A DNA stretch of 64,000 bases. It comes from Camelus dromedarius. Its lineage: Eukaryota. Position 1 is the first letter of the stretch. Every line of letters starts with the position of its first letter. The position numbers were made by a program, and so were the translations under genes. The notes beneath the pieces were generated by a model, which worked only from the letters and a program-made list of their open reading frames with translations, was not told the DNA's origin and made no database searches. The stretch is from assembly GCF_036321535.1 (NCBI RefSeq), contig NC_087447.1, positions 38,442,001 to 38,506,000 on the forward strand, in the 5' to 3' direction. Below are positions 36,156-49,930 of this stretch, one piece after another.

Positions 36156-39100
36156 TTAGAGGTTAGAGGCTGTCTTGTACACCTAGAGCGTCCCACAGAG
36201 GTCAGCATTATGTTGATGAGGCAGCTGTGGTCCACATGAGGTGGAGTCAAGGAAGGCGAACTTAACTAAGGTAATAGCAATGGGGATGGAAAGAATGGGG
36301 TGGGTATAGATCCTCCCTAGCAGAGCAAGGTTCAGTCAAGGCAAGAACCAAAAGACACAAAGACTTGTGCTTTAGTGTGAAAAAGGGAATGTCTGGGATT
36401 TACCATGGTGATTGTGTGAAATACATATGATGCACAGTGGGCTTATATGGCCCTCTCTGTTTATCTGTTACTTCTGACTGTGCCAGTTATTGTGGTTTTA
36501 AAAAATTGTAAATTCTTATCCTTAAAACTTCATTTAGGCTTTATATGTTACCTGTTAAAATAAAACTACAGTAATTGGAAAACAAATAACTATTAAGTTC
36601 AAGCAAGGGAAATAAACTTTATTATGCTAACAATAGAAGCCACTGGCATATTGTTGCTCAGTGGTTTGTAAATATTGTGCCGATGTTAGAGGATGATTTT
36701 CCTGTTATGTAGGCAGTCCCTGAGTCAGGCTTGACTTACTTGCAAATGGTTTGTATATGTATAGAGTGGCTGAAGCCATGGCAGAGCCCCTTTCCTTTTG
36801 TTGACAGTTTTCAAAAATCACTCACTGGTATTGTGAACTAAAAATTTTGGGTGATCTTGTCTACCCAGTAGGTTAGCCTTACGAGTTGTAGGGTTATAGA
36901 GGGAGGGGAAAGAGGAAAGAAGAAAACCTTTCTCTTTTCTTCTCTCCTTTTAAAGCCTTTGGAAGGATTAAGGCTGTGGAGAATTCAGGGAGCTGGCATC
37001 ATGAATTGGTAATTTACCCCCCTTGATAGATTCTTTTGGCAGAGTCGGAAACTTTTTCTTTTTGACCTATGGTGCAAATGTTACTAAAGATTCATTTTGG
37101 TTTAGAATTTTGCTTGTTAAAAGAGCAAGCATTGCTTGCAGGGATGGAGTGAGCTGTCTCACACTGCAGGGTGCTCTAGTTTGAACTGATACTTTTCCAC
37201 CTAGTGCCTCTGGGTGAGAGCTAGCTTTCCTCAGGGAATTGCTAGTTTTAATTTGAGAGTAGAAGGAGTAGTGGGGAGAGAGGGAAGTGGTTTTGTACCT
37301 AGGATGTTTTCAGAAGGAGGCCAATGCTAAGGTAAGAGAGTACTGGTGGGGAGTTGGGGCAGGATGAGGAGGCTGGATGTCCGTAGGGTGCCCCTAAGAA
37401 AAGCTTTTCCTCCCTGTAAGTGTAGCTTTGGGCTGGCTCTGTACTCTGCGAAAGGAAACAAAATTATCTTCCCATTTCTTGTTGGGCCAGATGACTGTGC
37501 TTCAGAAGTTAGAACTCAGGGTTAATGCTGGCTTAGAACCATGTATTAATGGTAGTTTTTGTGGTCTGGCCTATGGACCTAAAGACAGGTTAGAACAATT
37601 TTTCTCTGGGGAAATGAGCACCAAATAACTGACTTAGAAACACATTTTTGTAATAGGACCAGTTTGTAAGTTGACTTTGTACCGTAATTTTTCTTGTTGC
37701 CGACCAGGCTCGTTGATTTGCAACAACACTTTGCTTGAGATGTATATATATTGCTGAGGTTACCAAAAAGTCCCTTGAAAGGCACAGCGTGGCTTTATAC
37801 AGTCTGAGACAGTTAGCAATGTTGACTGAAAGCCTAAGTTTTGTTAAAAAGAAACTGAAAGGATTACTGGATTTAGGGTAGCTTTATTATTCTGCATTAG
37901 AGTTCTGAAGTATAAATTATGGAGATCTCTGTAATTATACGTGTCAGATTAAATGAAATACTAATTTCAGTCAGGAAAAATTATGTACTTGAGTGAAGGA
38001 ATATCAAGCATATTGGAAACATTTGACATAAAAATAAGGGAGGACGCTGCAGGGAACAAAGGTTCTCTGTGACTTGACAGCTGCTGTTAAAAAGTGACAC
38101 CAGGAAGAGCCCGGCTTTGGCTCACAGCTGCCTGTAGTTGCTGTAGTCTGCTCTAGTGTTACCAGAGGAATTTGCACCACTCTTGTTTTAGCAAATAGAG
38201 GCTACTGATAACCAACCAGGTCCTTACTGTGCTCTGGGAAATTAATTCCTAACTTCCCATTATGATCTTCATAACTACTGGGTTTTCCAACAGCCAGTAT
38301 TTTCGTGCTCTAACAGTATATGTGCAGAGTACCTTGCTTAACTCCAAAGAAGTTGTGAAAGGCATGAGATAAGCCTTGGATACATCAAATCTAGTTGTAC
38401 ATATGCAACAGGATTTTAAATGGAGCTCCAACTTATTTCAGTTTCTCTCGAAGGCCCAAAGGCTGAGAATACAGCAGTAGTTTCCAAGTGACTCTCATAT
38501 TCCAAGGACTTGCATAGAAGGTGGCCTTAAACTGTTTTTGCGCATTTAGCCCATACTTTATCTACAGGAAATACAAGTGTGGAGAGCTAAGCGTTCTGAG
38601 ACAAGGATGATTTTGGAGAGAGCAGTTAAGTATGTGGTGTGTTCTGTGTCCTTTCCTTCTTCTACACACAGCAGAGAGGAGAAGACGCCTCTCTTAAGCC
38701 TCCTTCTTTGAAGCCAAAGGATGGGGGGATGCTCTTAATAGAATCGTTCTGCGAACTTGACATGAATACCCTGGTGTTTGGGGAGCATAAGGATAGTATG
38801 TGAATCTGTGGATTCATAGCAGAAAGAAAGAGGGCTGTGTAGTTAGCAGTATGCACTTCAAAAGACAGTAGTGTTTCCCTGAGTTTCTGAATGGAACCCA
38901 CTTAAAGTTTTCTAAAATGGGATGTGGTGCATGGCCACTTAGAAGGTGATGTGAATCAGGAGGAGGTACCCAGGGAAACCCCAAAGATTGAGAGTTGGAG
39001 GTGTAAATGGCCAGGACTTAATCATATCCTAGGAATTGCACGTGGAGGGTCCTACTTGTGTACTTTTCCAGGAAACCCACAGGCTCTCATGAGAAAGTTA

Positions 39101-39829
39101 GCATGGACATCAGATTTCATTGCTGTGGCCTTTTCAACCCCCCTGACCTGTCCCCACTCCTTCATCTGTAGTCCTTAAGAAGCCAGAGCAGAGGCAGCCT
39201 TGTTGAGGGTAGAAAAGATGCAGAATGTTAGATAGGGAAAGAGAGAAGATAACTGGTCTTAACTATCCATTCACCCCAGTCCAAATGCAGCCCTCACAGC
39301 TCTATGTAGGAGGGGGGGAAAGAAACTTTAATTTAGATAAGTATTGACTAATGCAGTTAAAGCACTGTACTAGATATCTTAATTATTGAAGTCACAGTGT
39401 TATTGGGGCTGAAGGTGATTGAATAACTATTTATTATTGAAAAATGATTGGAAAAAATTAGGAGACTTGCCTTAGATTTCATTCAGGTGCAAGGAAAAAC
39501 TTGCCACAGAAGGGCTTTGAAAAGGAAAGTTGTATGCTTAGGGTCTGTTGATTTTATTAGCTCATTGTGTCACTTATATGTTCATATATGCACATACATG
39601 AAAAGGTGAGCAATTATAAAAGGAAATTATAAGTACCAATTACATGATATACATAAAGCTTGATACATGTATTTTCCAAGTCACAACTTTTTTTTAACAA
39701 TAAGATAAAATATTTGAAGTTGAGACAATCCAGAGTAGTCGTCACCTTAAGGGTAGGAGGAATTCAGAGCACACTGAAATCATTTTCTGGTTGGAGTGTT
39801 GAAGGCTTTGTAAAGAAAGTAAGCTGTGC

Positions 39830-40075
39830 TTTGGACTTCATTAGCTATAATTTATTAAGGGCCTACTGTGTATCGTAGACTGTGTTGTAAAAATACTCCA
39901 CATACATTATTTTTACTTTTCACAACAATGCTGCAAGGTTAGTATTATTTCCATCTTTTAGACAAGGAAACTAAGGTTCAGATAGGTTAAATGAGGTACT
40001 CCAGTTCCTCACAGCTAGTAAGGGTGGTAGAGCTGTATCCTGATCTGACTCACACCTCAGGCTCTTCCCACTCCG
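39830..40075 (-). mobile_element. MIR SINE
   Basis: tttattaagggcctactgtg..gacaaggaaactaaggttcagataggttaa..cacagctagtaag. Confidence 0.85.
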
Positions 40076-40859
40076 CCCTGCTGCCACCCTGCTGCCTCCC
40101 TGGTGGCAGCACTGCAAGGTCCAGAGGTGGAATGGGGCGGGCTAACTAGGAAGAGAATGGGCACACACCACACTCACTAGTGATCACAGTTCTTAAATCC
40201 CTCAGGGCAGCTCTGTGAGCAGCCCCGGAGGCCCCAGCCCTCTCCCTGTTCCTTCTGTCTCCTTTGTTTTCCCTTTTCCATTATCCTTTGGTGCCACATC
40301 TGAAGTGGGCACTGGAATAAGCTCTCCTTACACTAGCCCAGTTCTCACTCTTTTCTGTTGAGAAAATGGGCTTTAGAGATGTTAAACAGCTAGGAAGTAG
40401 GATGGCCTCTGGGTTTGAATTTCAGATCTCTCAGACTCCTTAGCCCATACATTTTCTTCCCATCATGCTGCCTCCAGTAAGGACTTTATAAATGCATGTA
40501 TTAATAGAAAGCAAGGCCTCGTAAAGCCTCATGTTTTGGTTTATTTTGTCATAATTTTAGAAATGTAATACAGGTTTTGTGGATGGAAGAACTAATAGAA
40601 AAATACTGATTTCAAGTGGAGGGGAGCAGAGAACCACAGAATTTTGTGTCTAGAATGTTTCATGACCTGGGTTCTGTGGAGCTTGAGGGAAAGGGGAGAG
40701 GTGAGCAGGGTATCAAGAAGGAAAGGAAAGTGAGGTTGTTAGTCTTGGGTTTCCTTGCTTTTTCTTTTTCCTGGTACTTTTACTCCTCATTTTGTAGACC
40801 AGTAAAGGAATGAAAGATTTGAAATTTTTTATGAATTGTATTTTAATAGCAAGAATTCT

Positions 40860-41090
40860 AGAACATTCATTAGGATAAGACCTGAATTTAAATTGTAGTT
40901 ATCCTACTTTATTAGCTAGGTGACCTAGAAGAGTAACATAATTCTGTGCCTCACTTAAAAAAAAATCTGTAAGAGGGAGATAGGTATCTAAAGGATCATT
41001 GTGAAAATTAATTGGGAAAATTTTATGTGTGTCAGTAATCTGCATGTCACACAGTAAGTGCTCAGTAAATGATGACTGCTGTTACTATGA
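40860..41090 (+). mobile_element. MIR SINE
   Basis: agacctgaatttaaat..tagctaggtgacct..acagtaagtgctcagtaaatg. Confidence 0.75.
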
Positions 41091-42911
41091 TTGAGGATAT
41101 TTCACTTTTTAAAAAATGGAAGCAATGGAAGCAGAAATGGAGGATGAGTATGAGTGTGCTTTACTTCCAGAGAGTTAGAGTGAGCAAAGCAGAGCCCGGA
41201 AACTGATTTCAGTGCTGGATATGCCAGTGATTTGCTGTTTAAGCATAAGAAAAGTCACTCTACCTCTGACAAAAATCTTTGTCCTCATGGAGCTCTTATT
41301 CCAGTGGGGGTTGGGGAGGGGGGAAGGATGGACAATAAAAGTAAAGTAAAATATAAAGAAAACTGCAAGATATTCTGACCAAGAAAAAACTTCAGTTTCT
41401 AGGTGAGTTGGTTTTGAGTAGAGTGAGGTGAAAGCTCAAGGTTAAATCTTCCCTTGGTTTGATCCTTCCTGTAGTACTTAAACGTGCTACCTCATGCAAA
41501 AGTAGAGAGACTAGTGTAACATACACTCATTACACATTACCTAGATTCAGTGGTTGTCAAGGTCTTCCCACATTGTCTATTTCCTTCCCCTCCTTGCTCC
41601 CTTTCCCCTCCTCTTTCTGCACCTTTTGTTTTTAGAGGATTCCTGAGAATGTGCTGTGCTCAGAAATGCCCCATCATTTGTTTACAACTCCCCAGGGGCA
41701 CCTTAGGTCTAGCCTCCTGTCCTTTTTATATGCAAGGGTAGTGGACTTTAACCAGTTTGCTGAATTTACTGAGTTCCCCAGAATCTCCAATAAATTACCC
41801 ATCCCAGTGTATAGACCAGGCACCGCTCTGTGGCAGAGCTTGGGAACTACACTTTCACCAGCAGCTTGGTGTCCAGAGAGAGTGGGTTGTCACTTCTGCC
41901 CACTGAATGCAGAAATTGCATCAGCTCATTCTCTTTCCTCCCCGGCCCCTCCTTATCTTCTCTAAGGCAGATTCTTTGAATGGGAGGGAGTGAAGTAGCA
42001 ATTCTCTGAAGCCAAGCAGAGCTCCTATTGTGCAACCTAGTGGCATTGACACAGCAATAACATTCCCAGCTATCACTATTGTGTTATTAAGGGTTTTAGA
42101 CAGCCTTACTCAGACCAGATTTTGTCAGGGGGATGTCCCTGTCTAAATGGGTTAGCTTCCCTAATCTTAAACTTTTCTAGGTAACGCCTGACAACCTTAA
42201 AGAGACTAAGGTCTACTTGTCGTTCTTACTACCTGCCCTTTGAAAGGAGACATTCCCTTTCTTTTGGTTAGGATCCTTCTCTATGCATCCTTTCCTATGA
42301 TTTCCAGAAAGCACATTGCTTTCTCCACTCCCAGTCCCCACTTCCCCTTTCAATGGACTGAACTCTGGGCAAGGGCACTCTCCTTTCCTGCTCTTGTGAG
42401 AGCCTCTACTGTCTTCCACAGTGCAATACTGTGCTTGTTTCCACTCCTCTCGCCTTCTTTTCCCTTAATTTCTGCTACATAATATCCTTTCTGGTCTATG
42501 GTTGGTAACTTTTTTCAACTTCAGGAGACTGTTTTCTCTTCAGGCAAATTACTGGGGCTCTATGTTTATAAGTGAATGTACATATAGTTCCTATGTATGA
42601 CTGCAACGTTAACTGCTTAAATTTTGTTGCCTTCTGAACAAGCAGAGTATTGGCATTTCTCTACCATTTCTGTTCTTTGGTCAATATGGTTAACACTCCT
42701 CATCCCCTTTGCTCTCAATCACAGAACAATTACTGGATATTGTGTAAAAAGCAATGAGTTCTGTGAAAGTAGGGACCTCGTCCCTCTGATGCTCCATAAA
42801 TAATTATCGGACAGATGAATGAAACCTAAAGAGCAAGAGCAATTGGCTGAAGGGTTTCAAGTAGTGAAAAGTAAGACTTTGAATGGCAAACAGCACACAT
42901 CAAACTGGAGG

Positions 42912-42985
42912 ATTTTGCGTACAGTGTAAAGAAATTGCTGAATCCTATATTTTGCGTACGGTGTAAAGAAAGTGCTGAATCCTAT
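42912..42985. repeat. 37-bp tandem duplication
   Basis: attttgcgtac(a/g)gtgtaaagaaa(t/g)tgctgaatcctat twice, 2 mismatches. Confidence 0.95.
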
Positions 42986-43319
42986 AAGCAGCAGGGAACT
43001 GTTTATGTATTTTATAGAGGTATAATTTGTACATGTATGAAAAATGCACACATCTTAAATGTACAGCTTGAGTTTTTACATGTGTATGTCCTTGTGTAAT
43101 TACTGCTTAGACCCAGAAAATACTTTCAGAACCTCAGATGGGGAGCTTTTATCTTGATTTACAACACTTTGGATACCAAGTCCCATGGTTGGTCTGTGGT
43201 TTAATTAGGACTGGAATTACAACACTTGTTCCTGGTTTTAGCAAGTCTTTTTACCCAAATAAAAATGCTATTTCATATCATCTAACTGGGTGACAAAAAT
43301 GATACACTGACTCTGATGG

Positions 43320-43530
43320 CTAGCATTTATTACCCATGAACATGTCTTGGCACTTTATATACATTACTTCATTTTATCTGTTCTGCAAGGTTTTGTTACT
43401 GTCTTTATTTTACAGATGCTAAAGTTTAGTTAAAGTATTTTGCCTCAGGTTCCACAACTAGAAAATAGCAGAGTTAGAATTAAATCCAGGGCTGTCCATC
43501 ACCAGAGACTGATTTCTTGTTGTTGACCTG
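43320..43530 (-). mobile_element. MIR SINE
   Basis: ggcactttatatacatta..ttttacagatg..gcagagttagaattaaatccagg. Confidence 0.7.
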
Positions 43531-45805
43531 CTGCCTCAAATATCTGGGACCCAACTTTAAGTAACAGCAATCTTATGTCTTTGTGGTGGGAGGTGATGAT
43601 TATCTGCATTACCTGTACACAATGAATGCTCTTTTGTTTGTTTGAATGCTCTTTTTAAGTGTGTTGCAACCTGTGGCTTACTAGAATTATGAGAGGGAAA
43701 GGGATCTTTGATTCTGTGAGTCAGGCCCGATGATGTTCCTTAAGGAGGATCTTTATGAGGGAGGATGATGCTTTCAGTGAAGATAGCTCCGTAAAATGTG
43801 CATGTAGCAAGGTCTCTACAAATTTTGAAATCAGGACTCAGAAAGATGAAACATGAACCTACATATCCAGAAATTCCAACAATTTGTCTTAAAAATTAAT
43901 GAGTGGGATAAATGCATGTCAGCGTTAGTTAGCAAAGTGGCAAAATTCTTGTAACATTAAGAGTGTGTTTCAAGAGCTAAGACATCCAAAGAAAATATGA
44001 AACTTCCACAGTCACAAAAAAGTTTATTTTAATAGCCCTCAAAGTTGCTTAAACCAACAGTCTTCTATACGTGTTATTTTCTTACTTTGGTATCACTATG
44101 CAAAAAAAAAAAAAACATTGCATTGAAAGAATATGAGCTATTGTGCATGACTTAGACATTTGAAAAAATATATTTAATATTTGTCCATTGTGTTTTCAGA
44201 CAAAATAGGACAGTGCTGCACATTTTAACACATTTAGGCATAAACTGGGAGCAGCCAATGAAATTTAGATTTTACAAGATGAAAGCATGGCAAAAAGTAT
44301 CAGATTGCTGTGGAGAAACATGTAACAGGAAACTAATCTTAAGATATAAACGCATGCCTTATCCAGCTTGCTTGGTGAAAGACTACAGTTTTATGTTTAG
44401 AGGATACAAAGAATATTGTTGCCAGTTGTATTTACTTTTTGAAGAGGTGTGAGTGCCAGAAAGTCAGTTCAGGATTGTTTTGATATGTTTATTTTTAAAT
44501 AGGGTGGGGTGGTGACAGAGATGGCTTTCTACTCAAAGCTGCCCCTGTTGGTAAATGTTTCTTTTACAGACTTTGTTTAATAAATCATGCATTTATAAGA
44601 AATCATCAGAAAGGAAATAGGATTATGGATACTGAATTCTGTTACAGTAAAGCCTTTTATATCACATTTTATAAAGTAGAAAATGTCTTTCAAAAATAAA
44701 TATGTAAGTTCAAGATAGCAGGCAGATCAGTGTCTCCCCTGCTCCTTACCAGAGGTTTCTTTACTGCCTTGTTCAGAGTGCCTACCTTTTGAGTAGCTTT
44801 CTGGTGTTTGCATAGGCCACCATGCAGGCTTTGTCACTTAAGAATGTGTCCCTGGAGCCAGCAAGTCCAGCTGCCTTCCTCCAAGTCATCCCTCAGATTT
44901 TGTAATGAGCTAGTGGCAAAGCAGGCTTTGAGGGAGTTGGTCAAGAGGGAGAGTGAAGGAGATATTCAGAACAAAAGAAGGATGTCAGCGTCCTGGTTAG
45001 TGCCATTCTGTAAGGGGGCACTAAATTCTCTTTCAGATTCTTGTTGTTTCTGTTTTCTTTTTAAAACGTTTTTAAAAGATTGTGAAATGTAATATACAAA
45101 CACAGAAGTGGTTTGCTAAGACTCTTCCCTTCTTACCGTTTCCTTAGCTGTTCTTCTGGTGATGATTTTATAAGATATTAGTTGGAAGATTTTGCTAACA
45201 GAAGAAGTAGAAGTTAAGATAAAAAAAAAACAACAAAATTATCAATGAAAGAAAGTTTGAGATCCATGCAGATGGAAAAAATCCTGAAATCGTATTTCCT
45301 TAAGGATAATACGCAAGGCAGCTGAAAGGGAATAAGACAAGATATGAGAGAAGGGGAGAAAAGAGGGTGGAGCTTCGAGTTGTCCAGACTTACTCTTTTC
45401 TCATTTGTTTCAAACTGCTTGGTTCTAAGGACTGATGTTTGTTTGCCCTCAGGTTGCAAATAGACCTGAATTACAGCTTACTCTGTTTTCTTGGTTTTTC
45501 TAGAACTTGAGGTCTAGAGTCTTAGGTGTATTTAAGTTAATTATGAAAAAAAAGAAAAACTACAGTAGATCTTTTGCAGTCTTCTTGCATATTTCAGATA
45601 CGAAAATTCAAAGATATTTAATACCCTTTCTCCGCTTGGAAGCTGCTCTGAATAGACTTCATTTCATAAGGAATTGACATAGTAGGATAAACCTTAGTAC
45701 AATGAAAATATTTTGATTAATTCTGGATAAGTGAGATTTGATAAAATTACAGTGGTACTTGGACGAGAAAACATAAATTTTAAAATAAGGTTATTGTTCT
45801 TACAG

Positions 45806-45893
45806 TCCTATTTTGTAACGGATTATGATCCAACCATTGAGGACTCCTACACAAAGCAGTGCGTGATTGATGACCGGGCAGCCCGGCTAGATA
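45806..45893 (+). CDS. RRAS2: RRAS2 coding exon 2 (aa 37-66; effector loop/switch I)
   Basis: tgttcttacAG acceptor, 88 nt reading [29 protein letters not shown](I), ATA|GTAAGT donor; YDPTIEDSY is the Ras effector motif and the flanking residues match R-Ras2. Confidence 0.98.
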
Positions 45894-46781
45894 GTAAGTA
45901 ATCTCCCTTTCTTGATAGTTCACATATCATATTTTTAAAAATAAGCTTTGATGTTTTGCTTGGTTAAATACTACAATTGAAATGTTAGTTGATTTTTTTA
46001 GTTTTGATTGATGAATCTACATATCAGGCAACTTACATATTCCTCACTGAACGTAAGACAGTAATTGGATTGATCTTGTTCTGGTGAAACTAATCATGTC
46101 ACTAAACTTGCTGAAGTTGTGTTTGTTGGGTCATTTGGAAAAACATGAGGTTTTAGCTTTTCCTACCTTTTGATGAAGGTTAAAATGGGTGAAGTAAATA
46201 TAGAAAAACTTCAATATTTGCTAACTTGCTTAGAATTTATAGCACAGAGGCCTTAGCAAATAGTGTTTTGTGCTTAGCTAAGCATTCCACCTCTCCACAA
46301 AAGAAAGCCCTGTTCTTTTAACTTGTGTGATTCTTTCATTCACAGAGATTAAGAAATACATTAGCACCTGCACATTCAATATGGTATTTGGGGGTTGGGT
46401 GGACCAAAGTTTCTTTCTTGAATTTGCAGATATCTTTTTCCATTCTTTCAGTGGAGGAGGTAAACTTCAGGTGACTTCAGAAGTTACCTGACTCTGTCTG
46501 CCTAGATGTATTTGATATTTTTAACCTTGTAATTGGCATGCTAATATATTCTAACTACAAAATCAATCTGCACTGATGAAGATAACTCTGAAACTGTCTG
46601 CTATTAGAATATATTTGTCTTTAGCATTGGGAATGAAGTATAAGAGGAGAATGCCTTTTAAAATATTACACTAAGTATGATGTTCTCCAGAGGACCCTCA
46701 TTAACTAGGCCTATCTTTGTGAGGAAGCAGTTTTATAAAATGAAAGCATGAACACAGTTACATTTCTTGTTTTTTCTTTAG

Positions 46782-46884
46782 TTCTGGATACAGCAGGACA
46801 AGAAGAGTTTGGAGCTATGAGAGAACAGTATATGAGAACTGGAGAAGGTTTCCTGTTGGTCTTTTCAGTCACAGATAGAGGCAG
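46782..46884 (+). CDS. RRAS2: RRAS2 coding exon 3 (G3 DTAGQ, switch II)
   Basis: tttttctttAG acceptor, 103 nt (I)[33 protein letters not shown](S), CAG|GTTTGT donor; phase fits exon 2; Q72 codon CAA (46799-46801) is wild type. Confidence 0.98.
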
Positions 46885-47037
46885 GTTTGTACCAATATTC
46901 AGTTGTAGATCTCCTGTTCATGTCTAGATCACTGTTTTATTGAATTTGGATTTTCTTGTTTTTATAGAAAAAGGAAAAGTAATAAAGTACTAAAGGGGGC
47001 ATGGGGCTTGCTGAATTCTGATACTTAACCAAATTGA

Positions 47038-47232
<195 letters not shown>

Positions 47233-49259
47233 TAATGAGAAAGTGCCATGATCAAAACCACTGTGCTGAGAGTGGCACATTGGATTTTACAGAAGTCCTG
47301 TAATAGGTGAGAAATAAAGAAGGAAGTAGGCTTGGGGAAATTAAATTTTTACATATTACACAGGACTTCAGTGGACTCTCTAAGCCTGCAAGTATTTATA
47401 CCAGCTCCATTCACATGTTAAAATTTCTTGGGTAACACTCACAACTCTAGTTAGATAATCTTAAAAGATACCCCTAATTCAATGCTAATGCTAAATTACC
47501 TCTTTTATAGAGAAAGACTTTGTTTTAAATTAAAGTATTTGGATTTTTCCTAAGTCTCATTAATGATTGAATTTCCTCTTAATTCATCACATTGGTAACT
47601 CTAACACCAGTAACCTGCAGGAAAAGAATGTTTTCAGTATTGAGTTGCAGGCTAGTTTATTCTTACTTGATCTGTACCTATTTATTTCACATTTGATTTT
47701 TAAATTTTTTGGTATATATTGTCCACTCATCTTTTTGTAGGGAAGGGGAACAAGGTCAGATGTAAATTAACTCATTATTTGGGGGTTCTTTTTGTGTCTT
47801 CATTTCTTTTAGGCCTTTAGCGTGTATCCCATATCTGGAGTATAATTGTTTAAATTCTTAACTTTTGCTGGTATTTAAGTTCTCTTTCATTTTTATACCT
47901 CTCGTGTTAACAGATTCTTAAGATTTTCTTTGAAAAGTGCAAACATCAGGAAATATTGGTTGATAAATGGCATTGAGAGCAGCCTTCTATTTTGTGTTAA
48001 CTATTATTTAATATATAATCCTAAATTTGTGAGCTCTGTTTGTAAAATTTTGTTGAAGGTATACCAGGTTTAACACGTGGACTTGAGACAATGATACTGT
48101 TGTTCTAATGCTAAGATTTAGAAATGTTTACTGATAATACTTGATGTAGAATAAATTTTACTGCCAGGTCTCTTTCAAATTTGATTTATTATAAAGTTAA
48201 GGTGAAAACATTTGATCTTCATTGCAAACCAGTATAAGCTGTTGGAGATAATTTAGAATATGACACTGCTCACATTTTAAAACCTGTAGACAATCCATCT
48301 TTTTTTTTAATTGATATTTTATTTGGGGGGGGTGCATTTCCTTCAGGGTTTCTGAATCTAATTTTATTTATTAGATATTGCCCAGTAGAACCTGTCTACT
48401 ACTCTTCTAGTTCTTTGTAGAACCAGAAATACTTGAATGTCATTGGATCTGGAAAATAACGCCAGAGTAGCTCTGCAATGAACAAGGGGTTCTTGCCCTA
48501 TCTAACACTAACCTCCACTCCACCCTCAAATACTTCCCGCCCTGATTTTTCTCACACGTTTTCATGGTGGTAGTTCCAGTAAAGGAACAGGTGGCAGGCC
48601 TGGGGTGAGGTGGGAGTCTTCTTAAAAGGTAGGTGGTAGCAGATTAGGGAGAACAGGGGAGTATCCCCACCAGAACTAAGCAGGTCTTGCTGTGATTAGC
48701 TTGGGGCAGGGGGTCTTTATGAGTTATTTTTAAGTTATCTGTATACTGACGATTGCCAGTATTTGGAGTGTGGTTTCCATCTGTCTGCAGATATTAACAT
48801 ATTGTGGTACTTAGGCTTTGTTTTATACCATAGGCCTATAAACTTTTCAGCTAAGTTTTTTTTTTTTAATAAAAGTAATAGATTCTCAGAGTAAAATAAA
48901 AACAAGGTGGTGAAAGAATAATATAGGGAATGATACGTCTCATATTTCCATCATCTTAAAGATATGCACTTAGCTTAGAGAAAATCCTTCTATATTTATC
49001 AGCTTTAAGACACATCCAAGGGAGAAAAACAAGTGGCTGAAAACGGCATAGTTTTCTGCTCGTTCCTGGAGACTCTCCTCTCTGAAGGATAGGTGCAAAG
49101 AAACATTGTGTTCCTCCCATGCTTCCTCTTCTCTTTTCTAGTTTCCTTACACACATGCACTCAGGCATGTTAGCTGCTCTCCTTAGAAGACATGATCACC
49201 ACTCTTATGTGAGCCTTTAGTGCTGACTGGAAATCCTACTATGCTTCCCTAGTCCATTC

Positions 49260-49930
49260 ATTTCCCACTTGTTGGGATGATTATTACTTACTTTCTCATT
49301 CTTAAGCTTACACTTTCTTCCCCTTCCTCACTCTCAGCTGATGATGATGAGTGGTATTTCACTATTTCACTGAGAAATTTCTACACGTTCCCACCTCCAC
49401 ATGTACTAACCTTAAGTGCTTGTGTACCCCATCAATTCTGCCTCCTCCACTTTCATGGATAAACTTCACCTCTCTGATCAGCCTCTCCCATAGGCACTGG
49501 AGCCTGTCTGCTCCTTGTCGTTGGCTCACCAGCATCCATATTACCCTAGCAATTTTTCCATCCAGGTGTCCCATTTCTCTTCTGCATTTCTGTCAGCATG
49601 GGACATGCTGTATCCTCTCATCTTTAAAACAAAAAGTAACCACAGCAAAAGCTAGTTCTTGATCTCACATTCCTCTCTGAGGACCTTTTTGCTGCTCCTC
49701 CAGCAAGCAAAACTCCTTAGAAGTGTTATCTATACTTGCTCTCTACTTTCTTTTTCTTGCTTGCACTGACTTGGGGCATGCAGTGTCAGGTCAAGGTCAC
49801 CACTTGCACAGATGTCAGTAACAGTTGACACAGTTGCTCACACTCTACTTTTTGAAAGGCTTTGTTTACTTAGCTCTTATTTACTTAGCTCACCATTCCT
49901 AGCCTCCTCCCTCCTCCCTCCTCTTTTTAT
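49260..49930 (+). mobile_element. L2 internal fragment
   Basis: ctcactctcagctgatga..ctatttcactgagaaa..gcaaaactcctt..ttgacacagttgctcac. Confidence 0.7.

Larger units (their letters stand above)
1..45805 (+). other. RRAS2: Distal part of the long RRAS2 intron 1
   Basis: No CpG island and no sequence encoding the N-terminal P-loop (GGGGVGKS) upstream of exon 2 in this window. Confidence 0.85.

Noticed and set aside
43623..43655. Short direct repeats (TGAATGCTCTTTT twice; also TTTACTTAGCTC twice at 49865-49891)
   Set aside because: Ordinary slippage-size duplications with no further structure
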